DNA of 64,000 bases from an uncultured delta proteobacterium (GCA_963765675.1 CAVXXK010000001.1:2080001-2144000), one strand, 5' to 3'. Shown: positions 38,122 to 47,080, counted from the first letter of the stretch. Translations and numbers: made by a program. Notes: a model not told the origin generated them from the sequence alone.

Positions 38122-38149
38122 ACTTTACCGCGGCGCACTATAGAGTCAA
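38122..38149 (-). promoter_or_regulatory. Sigma70-like promoter
   Basis: TTGACT-N16-TAAAGT just upstream of the leader RBS. Confidence 0.6.
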
Positions 38150-38256
38150 GCTGTCGATATCGGGTTAGTTTGAGATTTGTACTGTTAGCGATGCCTACTT
38201 ATCATTCGCACGCATGGCTGCCGCGCGCGAGCAAACCGGAATCCGCAGCGCCGCTG

Positions 38257-38442
38257 TATACCCTCTCCCTCCGGGAGAGGGTGCCGCGAAGCGGCGGGTG
38301 AGGGTGCTGCTCTGCTGCTTCTATGCAGGGCTATCTCTGTGCGCATATTACTCGGAGCAGCACCCTCACCCACGCGTCACGGCGATTGCAAAAAAGAGCA
38401 ATCGCCGCGCCGCGTCGCCCTCTCCGGGAGGGAGAGGGTATA
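38257..38442. repeat. Nested palindromic element (CCCTCTCCC/GGGTGAGGG type)
   Basis: 38257-38272 pairs with 38427-38442 (16 bp); 38296-38312 pairs with 38355-38371 (17 bp). Confidence 0.85.
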
Positions 38443-38479
38443 AAGCCATCTCCGCCCGCGCGATCACAATATTGCTTAT

Positions 38480-38550
38480 ACGGGCGCGTCGCGACGCGCC
38501 TCTACGAACCGGAATCTTCTCTTCGTAGGGGCGCGTCGCGCCGCGCCCGT
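38480..38550. repeat. GTAG-type REP doublet
   Basis: 29-bp inverted copies (2 mismatches), GTAG followed by GGGCGCG..CGCGCCC palindrome. Confidence 0.8.
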
Positions 38551-38860
38551 CTTTGTACGCCGACGATATGCGCCCATGTTTCGCTGCTGTCTCTTGCGCA
38601 TCGTGTGCTACTTTTCAGCGCGATTGGCGAAAAATCAGCACGTCGATTTTCGCGAGCCTCCTTGGCCTGGCAGGATCCTCGATCCGCCAAACCCCTTCTC
38701 GCACAGGCACTTCGGTTTACTTTGTTGCCGCGCCGCTTCCCTAACGATCGTTCGGGTTTTTGCCAGATTTGTTCATGGCTGAACTGTTCAGCCTTATGCA
38801 CAAATTCACTTCGTGCAAAACTGATCCCGTGGAAGCATCAGGCGCAAAAATCAGTCAGAC

Positions 38861-38969
38861 CACCAAGACACGAAGACACAAAGAAATAACCCATTTCCGG
38901 CGCGCCGCGCGCAGAAAAGAATATTCTTCGTGTCTTAGTGTCTTCCTCTTCCTTGGTGTCTTCGTGTTT
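38861..38969. repeat. Inverted short-period CACNAAGA repeats
   Basis: CACCAAGACACGAAGACACAAAG versus CTTCGTGTCTTAGTGTCTT and CTTGGTGTCTTCGTG. Confidence 0.75.
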
Positions 38970-39157
38970 AGTTTTTTCTTCCGGCGCCGGAGGGTCCAAA
39001 AATCGATGACCAAAAAAGCTGCTGAAACGAACCCAATGTCGCGAATTCACCAGCATAATCAAGGAGTTTATTTTTTGAGCTACTAAAAAAGATACCAAAC
39101 GAACCCACCGAAATTTGCCCGATATCAAAAATCCAAGGCACCACCTTGTCTGCGATC

Positions 39158-40213
39158 TTACAAATTCGCGATCACCGCGCGCGCGAACTCCATCGTCTTC
39201 GCCTTCCCGCCCTGGTCGGGAGTCAGCACTTTGCCCTCGGCGTACACCTTGCGCACCGCCGCGTCGAAGCGATGCCCCGCGTCGTCGAAGCCCAGGTACT
39301 CGAGCATCAACGCCGCCGACATCATCGTCGCGCTCGGATTGATTATCCCCTGTCCTACGATATCCGGCGCGGTTCCGTGCACCGACTCGAAGTACGCGTA
39401 GTCCTCGCCGTAGCATCCGCTCGGCGCGAGTCCGAGCCCACCGATAATTCCGGCCGCCGCGTCCGACAGGATATCGCCGTAGAGATTAGGCATCACGACC
39501 ACGTCGAGATCGTGCGGCGACGCGACCAGCCTGCGCGCGAAGTCGTCGACGATGAACTGCTCGTACTTGATCTCCGGATACTTAGCTGCCGTCTCCTCGA
39601 CGATCTTGCGGAACAATCCGTCCGACTCGTGCAGCATGTTGTATTTCGAGGAGCAGGTGAGCTTGCCTTTTCCGCCCGCGCGCTTGCGCTTGAGCGTGAG
39701 CCGGCAGGCGAACTCGGCGACGCGCCGGGTGTTGCGCTCGGTGATGATCTTGATCGCGTAGATTCCGCGCTCCCCCGTATCGAGCGGAGCGCGCAGGATC
39801 CTGCTGTAGGGCGCGAGCGGCGCCAGGTTCGCGATCGGTCCTTCGAGTCCAAGGTACAGGTCTTCCAGGTTCTCGCGCACGATCACGAAATCGATTCCTT
39901 CGGGCCGCGCCATCGGACTGCGATAACCCTTCGACCATCGCGCCGGCCGCACGTTGGCAAACGTCTGTTTGCCCCAGCGCAAATAGGTGATCGAGGTCGT
40001 CTTGCCCGAGGTCGAGCCGAACAGCGTCGTGTCCGAGGCGTCAATCGCGGCGCGCGCCTTCGCGTCGGTCTCGCCGCGCACCCATTTTTCGCCCGGCGGA
40101 AATTCCAGGTAATCGATCGGCAGCTCGATCGCGCGCAGCACTTCCATCGTCGCCGCCATCGCCTCGGGCGCGGCGTCGTCGCCGGGCAGCACCACAACTT
40201 TCTTGTTTGGCAA
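39158..40213 (-). CDS. Isocitrate/isopropylmalate dehydrogenase family protein
   Basis: VLPGD, ANVRP, IVRENLE, PNLYGDILSD, FESVHGTAPDI. Confidence 0.9.
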   Translation of the reverse strand: MPNKKVVVLPGDDAAPEAMAATMEVLRAIELPIDYLEFPPGEKWVRGETDAKARAAIDASDTTLFGSTSGKTTSITYLRWGKQTFANVRPARWSKGYRSPMARPEGIDFVIVRENLEDLYLGLEGPIANLAPLAPYSRILRAPLDTGERGIYAIKIITERNTRRVAEFACRLTLKRKRAGGKGKLTCSSKYNMLHESDGLFRKIVEETAAKYPEIKYEQFIVDDFARRLVASPHDLDVVVMPNLYGDILSDAAAGIIGGLGLAPSGCYGEDYAYFESVHGTAPDIVGQGIINPSATMMSAALMLEYLGFDDAGHRFDAAVRKVYAEGKVLTPDQGGKAKTMEFARAVIANL

Positions 40214-40249
40214 CTTTCTCTCCTGATACGGCGCGCGCGTCGTGAAACC

Positions 40250-40726
40250 CTAGCCGCCGTAGTTCCAGCCGGTTTCCTTCATCGTCAGAACTTCGCTGTC
40301 TTTCTTGACGTGCGCTTCGGTCACCTTGCCGACCACGATGCTGTGGTCGCCGAGCTCGTAGAAGCCGACCACTTCGCATTCGACGGACGCCGGCGCGTCG
40401 CTGACGATCGGTGCGCCATTCTTGCCGTTCTCGTAGGCGAAGTCGCCGAACTTGCCGTCCTTGGGCTCGACGTGGCGGAAGAACGCGCCCGCGATACCCT
40501 TTTGCCCGGCGCCCAGCACCGAGAGCGCGAACTTCTTCGAGTCTTTCACCATCGCGTGCGAACCCGAATCCTTCTTGATCCCAACCACCACCAGCGGAGG
40601 ATTGAAGCTCGCTTGCGTCACCCAGTTGACCGTCGCGACGGTGCTGGTTCCTCCATGAGCGGCGCCGAGCACGAACAGTCCATATGGGATCATCAGCAAC
40701 GCCTGTTTTTTTGCTTTCTCATCCAT
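40250..40726 (-). CDS. Flavin reductase family protein
   Basis: IPYGLFVL, NWVTQASFNPP, GDHSIVVG, GWNYGG. Confidence 0.9.
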   Translation of the reverse strand: MDEKAKKQALLMIPYGLFVLGAAHGGTSTVATVNWVTQASFNPPLVVVGIKKDSGSHAMVKDSKKFALSVLGAGQKGIAGAFFRHVEPKDGKFGDFAYENGKNGAPIVSDAPASVECEVVGFYELGDHSIVVGKVTEAHVKKDSEVLTMKETGWNYGG

Positions 40727-40806
40727 GATTTTGGAGCCTCCAGTTTTAAGCGGAATTCGCTACCTTCGAGCGTATCGCTCGGGCTTCGTCTTGCGCGATG
40801 CGCGAG

Positions 40807-40815
40807 TGATATAAT
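40807..40815 (+). promoter_or_regulatory. Extended -10 promoter element
   Basis: TGATATAAT (TGnTATAAT) 20 nt before ATG 40835. Confidence 0.5.
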
Positions 40816-40834
40816 CTTGCCCGAGAGATCACCT

Positions 40835-41167
40835 ATGGCTCTTATCAAGCCTAAGAACCCAAAGATCAAGGGGCTCAATGAAGTCGGCCGCTACGCCGTC
40901 GGCGTGCAGTGGACCGACGGCCACGACAGCATCTACCCGCTGGACAATCTACGCCGCCATTGTCCATGCGACGCCTGCCACGGCAGCGTCGAGGGCGAGA
41001 TTCCGCCGGCCAGCCAGCGCCTCGAGCGGCTGTCGCGATTGGGCGAGCAGGCGATGTTCCTCGGATGGGCCGACGGGCATGAAACGATCTTTACGATGCG
41101 CCAGCTACGCGACATCTGCCGATGCGCCTACTGCGTCGCGGAGCCGGAGCGTCCGATCACGGGATGA
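40835..41167 (+). CDS. DUF971/GBBH-N-like protein with tandem repeat
   Basis: WTDGHDSIY..LRRHCPCDAC and WADGHETIF..LRDICRCAYC. Confidence 0.8.
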   Translation: MALIKPKNPKIKGLNEVGRYAVGVQWTDGHDSIYPLDNLRRHCPCDACHGSVEGEIPPASQRLERLSRLGEQAMFLGWADGHETIFTMRQLRDICRCAYCVAEPERPITG

Positions 41168-41210
41168 AAGTCATCCGCGCATCATCGCATCGCTTCATTG
41201 GAGAGCTCCG

Positions 41211-41723
41211 ATGCCTAAACGTTTAACGATTGCTTTTGCACTCGGTCTGTTCCTGGCTGCCGGAATTGGCGCAGCGCACGCCTTCCCGGTGAATCTCAGC
41301 GGAGCCAGCGGGCTCCAGATCAATACCGGGTCGAACCTGTCCGGAATAACGGTTCCGCCTACTCCGAGGGAGCGGGCGCCGCAGCGGTTCCGCGACCTGA
41401 CCGTGGTCGGCGACGTTGGGCTTAAGGAATCCGATCTGCCCGCGGGTGCGACAATCGTGCGCCTGCGCGTCGATGGGCACGACGTCTTCATGCGCCTCGA
41501 TACGGAACTCAACGGCGCCGACTTGCAGTTCGATCCGAACGCGGGTTACGCACGCGACCTTTATCGCTCGATTCTGACCAAGCGCATCGAGGTAGTCGGC
41601 CAGCAAGACCTGCGCGATCGGATCATGGCCTCGGCCGACAAGGCTCAGCCGATAAAGGTCCAGGGCTACGTCTTCGATCGAACCAGTCCGTTTTTCGTGG
41701 TGAAGTCTGTCTCGACTAAATGA
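41211..41723 (+). CDS. Hypothetical secreted protein
   Basis: Signal peptide AHA; GGAG upstream. Confidence 0.6.
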   Translation: MPKRLTIAFALGLFLAAGIGAAHAFPVNLSGASGLQINTGSNLSGITVPPTPRERAPQRFRDLTVVGDVGLKESDLPAGATIVRLRVDGHDVFMRLDTELNGADLQFDPNAGYARDLYRSILTKRIEVVGQQDLRDRIMASADKAQPIKVQGYVFDRTSPFFVVKSVSTK

Positions 41724-41746
41724 TAAATGAGCGTCGCGCGCCGGTC

Positions 41747-42478
41747 TCAGTGCTGGCTGACGCTGCCCCGCCCGGTCGCCCCGGAATTGAGTGAATGCAG
41801 GTTATCCCGCGCGACCTGGAAATTCGGATCGATCTCGATCGCTTTCTGGAACGCTTCGGCCGCCTCGGCCGGACGCTCGAGGTCGTTGAGCGCCATCCCC
41901 TTGGCGTTATACAGCCGCGCGCTGCGGGGCGCTTTGACAATTCCCGCATTCGCCGCCATCAGCGCATGTTCGGCATCGCCGACCCGCATGTAGATGTCGG
42001 AGAGCTCCAGGAAGTTCGCCGGCGACGGATTGATATGCACCGCATGCATGTACATATCGATCGCGGTCGGTCCGTCACGCAGCAAGCCGTAGCAGAAACC
42101 CAGATCGACATACGCGGAATCATTATTTGGATCGGAGGCGAGCGCCTTGTGCAGCTCGTCCATCGCCTGATGCACCTTCGCGGTATCGACTGGATTGGTC
42201 TTTCCCGCCGCTCGAATCGTCGCCTCCGCCTGCGCGACCATCTGGTCCGACTCGGCGCGAGTTCCCGCCGCGGGCGCGCGGGTAGCGGAAAATACTGCGA
42301 GCGCGCCAATCGCCAGCGCGAGCATGGCGGCGCGGCGCAGCGCGGCGGCGCCGGCTATCTTCTCCCCGACGCTGATTGCTTCAAAACTTTTCCGTTCGAG
42401 ATCTGCCACGGCGCAAACCCTAACAGTTTCAGCGCGGACTGCGAAGCCAGCTCGTCGGCCGCGGAGCTGGGGTTGCAT
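41747..42478 (-). CDS. Secreted TPR protein (true start likely downstream of ORF start)
   Basis: AYVDLGFCY, LYNAKGMAL, FQKAIEIDPNF repeats. Confidence 0.75.
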   Translation of the reverse strand: MQPQLRGRRAGFAVRAETVRVCAVADLERKSFEAISVGEKIAGAAALRRAAMLALAIGALAVFSATRAPAAGTRAESDQMVAQAEATIRAAGKTNPVDTAKVHQAMDELHKALASDPNNDSAYVDLGFCYGLLRDGPTAIDMYMHAVHINPSPANFLELSDIYMRVGDAEHALMAANAGIVKAPRSARLYNAKGMALNDLERPAEAAEAFQKAIEIDPNFQVARDNLHSLNSGATGRGSVSQH

Positions 42479-42501
42479 TACGAAACCGCGGTTGTTTCCC
42501 G

Positions 42502-43524
42502 ATGATTGCTCCGATTAGTATTGCCTTTGTGCCGCGCGATTCCTTCAACCGCGAAATCGACTACTTGCGCATCTCGGTCATCGACCGATGCAACCTGCGC
42601 TGCGTCTATTGCATGCCGCTCGAGGGACTGCGCTTCCTGCCCAACTCCGAGCTTTTGACTCCGGCCGAGATCGAGACCGTCGCGCGCGCGGCCGTGAGCG
42701 TCGGTTTCCGCAAGTTCCGCCTGACGGGAGGCGAGCCGACGCTGCGTGCCGACCTGATCGAAATCGTCGAGCGGATCGCGCGTGTCGACGGAGTCGAAGG
42801 GCTGGCGCTGACCACCAACGCGCTGATGCTCAACGAGCTGGCGGCGCCGCTCAAGCGCGCGGGCCTTACCCGAATCAACGTTCATCTCGACAGCCTCGAT
42901 CCGGCGACAGTTGAGCGGCAAATGCGATGGGGCAGTTTCGAGAAGATCTGGCGCGGCATCATGGCGGCGGAAGACGCCGGGCTTACGCCGATCAAGCTCA
43001 ACGCGGTCGTGGCCGCGGGTTACAACGAGGACGGCGTGGTCGAGCTGGCGCGGCTGACGCTCGAGCGCGACTGGCACGTGCGGTTTATCGAGCTGATGCC
43101 GCTGGGCGGCGGCGAATGCGCCACGCTGTCGGTCAAGCGTTACGTCTCGAACATTGAAACCCGGCGGCGAATCGAGGCGGCGCTCGGTCCGATGCGCGAG
43201 TTGCCGACCGAGAACCTCGCCGACGAATCGCGCAATTATCGTATCGCGGGCGCGCGCGGCGTGATCGGATTCATCAGCCCGGTCAGCGAACCCTACTGCG
43301 GCACCTGCAACCGGATGCGCCTGACCGCGGACGGAAGATTTCATTTGTGCCTGCTGAACGACGACGAGCTCGACGTGCGCCGCGCGCTCCGCTCGGGCTC
43401 GGGCAACGAGCACGATGAAGTCGCGCAGATCTTAAGGCGTGCGGTAGAGCTGAAACCGACCGGCCATCACCTGCTGGAAGGCCGCTCAACCCGCGACCGT
43501 TCGATGTACCAAATCGGCGGGTAA
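42502..43524 (+). CDS. moaA: GTP 3',8-cyclase
   Basis: YLRISVIDRCNLRCVYCMP, TGGEP, CGTCNRMRLT, MYQIGG. Confidence 0.95.
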   Translation: MIAPISIAFVPRDSFNREIDYLRISVIDRCNLRCVYCMPLEGLRFLPNSELLTPAEIETVARAAVSVGFRKFRLTGGEPTLRADLIEIVERIARVDGVEGLALTTNALMLNELAAPLKRAGLTRINVHLDSLDPATVERQMRWGSFEKIWRGIMAAEDAGLTPIKLNAVVAAGYNEDGVVELARLTLERDWHVRFIELMPLGGGECATLSVKRYVSNIETRRRIEAALGPMRELPTENLADESRNYRIAGARGVIGFISPVSEPYCGTCNRMRLTADGRFHLCLLNDDELDVRRALRSGSGNEHDEVAQILRRAVELKPTGHHLLEGRSTRDRSMYQIGG

Positions 43525-43664
43525 GCATCCGATTCCTTAGACTTTACTGTCCTGCCCGATGCCGCTCGAAAACCGTTTGTACGTTGGGTTTTGCATGCGC
43601 CTGAGGTTCAGGAGACCTCCGTGCATCCGTTGACGGCGCTGCGGCCCGAAGCGAAACTGCTCGA

Positions 43665-43988
43665 ATGAAACTCCGCCACACCGCCGCGCTCGCGCTTGTG
43701 GGCTGGTATCTGATCGTGCCGCCCGATTTCAAAGGTCGTCCTCATTCCGTTGACCCGACAGCTCCAACTTCGCACTGGACGATCGTAACCAGTTTTGATA
43801 GCGCGGATATTTGCAAGACGGCGCTCACGGAACTCCGGAATAAGAATGGCGATCCAGCGAAGCTTGACGCTACCGGGGAGCTGAGACGCTTTCAGAGACG
43901 GCAAGCGGCCGACCCCGAACTCGCACGTGGGCGCGTTGACAACGCCGCCTGCATCGCGACCGACGATCCCCGCCTCAAGGGAAACTAG
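43665..43988 (+). CDS. Small secreted two-Cys protein
   Basis: MKLRHTAALALVGWYLIVPP...FDSADIC...CIATDDPRLKGN. Confidence 0.7.
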   Translation: MKLRHTAALALVGWYLIVPPDFKGRPHSVDPTAPTSHWTIVTSFDSADICKTALTELRNKNGDPAKLDATGELRRFQRRQAADPELARGRVDNAACIATDDPRLKGN

Positions 43989-44217
43989 CCGTACCGCTTC
44001 ATCCCGATCATCCCGGACCTTCGGTCCGATGAGGCGCGGGGATTGGATTCCGTTGGAAATCTGTAACACGAATTTGCAGGAGGAGGTGCTAATGAAATGC
44101 GAAGCGGGCAGGCCGTCCGTCACCAAATTTCGAGACACGTCGTAGCAATCTGTCCCGCGTGAGCACGTGTAATGGACGACTAGTTTTTATCAATCGATTC
44201 AGATGGGAGGTCAGTCG

Positions 44218-44811
44218 ATGTTTTCGGGAAAACCGTTTTTCAAACTTGGTACAATAATAACGGCGGTCGCCGCCGGGTTGTTTTTCGCTTCGGGAGCGTT
44301 CGCAGCTGACAGCGCAACGGCAGGACTCGGGCCGCTCAGCGCGCAAGCTACTGGGACCGCAGTTACTAATTCCGGCGGATGCACGACACCCGCGATCTCC
44401 TGCCCCACCGGGCACGCGTGCTTGTGTATGACCGGCACCTACTCAATCATGGGTAACAATGGCTTCAACGGCGGGACCGCATCACTCACCCTGGGCATCG
44501 ATATAACCAATTTGGGGGACCCAATCACTGCATTACCATCCTGCGCCCCTGCAACCGGAGTCGGCGCCCTCAGCGATAAGAAAGGCCGTCAGACGATCAC
44601 CTTTCTCGCGTCGGGGCCGGTATGCTCAACTACCAACAGCGCGGTCGACGTGTTCACCGGGTCCTATGTGATCAACGGTGGAACCGGAAAATATTCTTCA
44701 GCCACCGGCGCGGGCACCATCGGCGCGAGCGCGTCGTTCCTGTTCGTGACTGCGCCGGGTGGGAGTGGCGTTCCTTCGCAGGCGTCGCTCAACGGCAGCG
44801 TGCAGCCCTGA
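44218..44811 (+). CDS. Secreted Cys/Gly/Thr-rich beta protein
   Basis: GGGAGG RBS, signal peptide AFA, 6 Cys, GSYVINGGTGKY. Confidence 0.65.
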   Translation: MFSGKPFFKLGTIITAVAAGLFFASGAFAADSATAGLGPLSAQATGTAVTNSGGCTTPAISCPTGHACLCMTGTYSIMGNNGFNGGTASLTLGIDITNLGDPITALPSCAPATGVGALSDKKGRQTITFLASGPVCSTTNSAVDVFTGSYVINGGTGKYSSATGAGTIGASASFLFVTAPGGSGVPSQASLNGSVQP

Positions 44812-45120
44812 TCAGCGCGCGAGGACTGGCTTGATCGAATCGTCAAGCAAGGCGGGCGTGGCAAAGGCCGCGGGTGCCAATGCCACGCCCCCGTGTCATC
44901 GTATTTGTAGCCTTTAGCCAATTCGGAAGATCTACGCGCGCGATCTGACACCCACTTTGACAGCCACGATGTTATCAATCACTGTATTTGTCGCTACTTG
45001 CTGCACGGCAGAATGTAGATGAGTGCTTGTGTTGCACGTCCTTACAGACTTTCTAGTCAAAGTACCAAATCGGCGGGTAATAAAATGCGCTGCGGTGCAA
45101 TTCCCGGGCGAGCGTGAGTG

Positions 45121-46398
45121 ATGCGAGCCGGATTTTGCGGACGATGCGGCAGCGCCCGAGCCAATGAGGCTGACCGGTTCTGCCGCGCCTGCGGCGCGGA
45201 GATCGACTCCGCGTCTCGCAGCGCTGGCGAGTATCCGGGCGCCGGCCGATGGCGCGCGGCTGCGCTTGTGATTGCGGGAGCGATCGCCGGAACGCTCGTG
45301 ACTGCACTCCTTATGACCCTGATCGTGCGCCACCCAGAAGATCAGAAAATCGCGGCCGCGAAACCTGTGGCTGCGCCCGCCGCTGAACCGCTGGGAGCGC
45401 TCATCAAGCGCGTGCGGCCCGCGGTGGTGACGCTCGAGATATACGACGCTCGCGGCAAGGAGATCGGTTTCGGCAGCGGATTCTTTATCAACCGCAACGG
45501 CGAGATATTGACTAATCATCACGTGATCGAAGGCGCATCGTCGGTCAAGGCGCGCACCGCCGACGGCGCGACGCATCCGGTGCAGGTCGTCCTCGCCGAC
45601 GACAAGGACGCCGATCTGGCCAAGCTCCTGGCCTTCGTTGACTCCGATGCGCCGTACCTGAAGATCGCCGCGCAGCGTCCGCAGGTCGGCGACAGCGTTA
45701 TCGTCGTCGGCAGTCCGATGGGGCTCGAGGAAACCATCACGCAGGGGATCGTCTCGGCGGTTCCCGAGCAGCGCGACGACCAGAGCGATCTGGTTCCCGC
45801 CACCTTGCAGATCACCGCCGCGATCTCGGAAGGGTCGAGCGGCGGCCCGGTACTGAACGCGAACGGAGAAGTGATCGGGGTTGCGACGGCATTCATGCGC
45901 GACGGCGAAAACCTGAGCTTCGCGGTGCCGCTCGAAAGAATTCTCGCGCTCGGGCGTCATCAACCGCGCACCTTCGCGCAGTGGCATCTGCCGCGTCGCG
46001 CGCCCGACTCGAACGACCTCTATGTTGACGGGATGGCGTCGTGGCGGCTGCAGGATTGTGATACCGGTCTGAATTATTTCAAGCGCGCGCTCGAGCGCGA
46101 TCCCGAATTCGCCGAAGCATGGTGGGGCAGGGGACTCTGCCTGAGCGACGACGGACGCGCTGGCGACGCGATTGGCGCCTTCGATCGAGCGGTGCGGCTG
46201 AAGCCCGGGTTCGCGCACGCGCATTATGATTTGGGTGTCGCCTACGCCGACCAAGGCCGCCGCGACCTCGCGACGCGCGAGTATGGTGTGCTGAAAACGC
46301 TATCTCCGGAGCTGGCGCTGAGGCTCCAGGACTATATCGCGCAGGACAGCACGGCCGACCTTCCCGTGCATCCAAGTACCGCCGCCAAACGCCGCTGA
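45121..46398 (+). CDS. Trypsin-like serine protease with zinc ribbon, TM and TPRs
   Basis: FCGRCG/FCRACG, GSGFFI, LTNHHV, DLA, GSSGGP, C-terminal TPRs. Confidence 0.85.
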   Translation: MRAGFCGRCGSARANEADRFCRACGAEIDSASRSAGEYPGAGRWRAAALVIAGAIAGTLVTALLMTLIVRHPEDQKIAAAKPVAAPAAEPLGALIKRVRPAVVTLEIYDARGKEIGFGSGFFINRNGEILTNHHVIEGASSVKARTADGATHPVQVVLADDKDADLAKLLAFVDSDAPYLKIAAQRPQVGDSVIVVGSPMGLEETITQGIVSAVPEQRDDQSDLVPATLQITAAISEGSSGGPVLNANGEVIGVATAFMRDGENLSFAVPLERILALGRHQPRTFAQWHLPRRAPDSNDLYVDGMASWRLQDCDTGLNYFKRALERDPEFAEAWWGRGLCLSDDGRAGDAIGAFDRAVRLKPGFAHAHYDLGVAYADQGRRDLATREYGVLKTLSPELALRLQDYIAQDSTADLPVHPSTAAKRR

Positions 46399-46437
46399 AC
46401 TTTCACTCTCTACCGCGGAGCAGCGGGCTTCAGACTT

Positions 46438-47001
46438 CTAGAGGTTGGGGCCGCTGGTTGTCGCGGATACTGTCGGCGCCGCGGCGGGCGAGGCTGCCGC
46501 TTCGGGAATTGGCGGCAGCGGCTGTGCGGGGCCCCATAGCTTCTGGATCAGGCCGTGGCCGTACGCCATCGCTTCCTGCGGGCGGCCGTGCAGATTCGCG
46601 GTCGCGGGCGCTTCGGTCTGAACGATAGCCTCGCCAACTCCTTCGCGCTCGAACGGACGCCGCACGTCCAGCGGCGCAGGCTCGACTGCCTGGCCGACGT
46701 CGATCGGCTGATCGCCAGCCACCACCACTGCGGATTTCAGGATCAGGCCGCGCTCGGCGCGCAGGTCGTAAACTCCCGGCGGCAGATCGACGGAATAGGT
46801 ACCGTCGTTGCCGGTGGGCGCGATGAACATGTCGTGCGAGATGCGATTTTCGAAATGAAGCTGGCGCTGATTCGCGGGCCGGCCGCCGCGATAGACGAAG
46901 CTGCCGCTTACGACGGCGGCGTTCGCGCCGGGTACGGCGATCGCCGCCGCCGCGAGGATCGAGAGCGCCAACAGTCCGGAGGTTTTCAGTTTCGCACGCA
47001 T
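46438..47001 (-). CDS. Secreted protein, carboxypeptidase-regulatory-like domain
   Basis: Signal peptide; TGNDGTYSVDLPPGVYDL. Confidence 0.65.
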   Translation of the reverse strand: MRAKLKTSGLLALSILAAAAIAVPGANAAVVSGSFVYRGGRPANQRQLHFENRISHDMFIAPTGNDGTYSVDLPPGVYDLRAERGLILKSAVVVAGDQPIDVGQAVEPAPLDVRRPFEREGVGEAIVQTEAPATANLHGRPQEAMAYGHGLIQKLWGPAQPLPPIPEAAASPAAAPTVSATTSGPNL

Positions 47002-47080
47002 CGGATTATCCCTTGATACTCGATTTGATGCCGCCGCCGCTTGGCGCCTATGCTTATCAAAATTCTCGAGCGAGGAAAGC

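Noticed and set aside
36263-39140. CRISPR array, IS element or integron attC array
   Set aside because: Repeats are inverted and heterogeneous, with no regular spacers, cas genes, transposase or integrase
39146-40834. N-terminal 563 aa of the 673-aa ORF
   Set aside because: Antisense to two real genes; only the DUF971 part from 40835 is credible
44050-44080. Sigma54-like promoter (CACGAATTTGC)
   Set aside because: Lacks the invariant GG at -24
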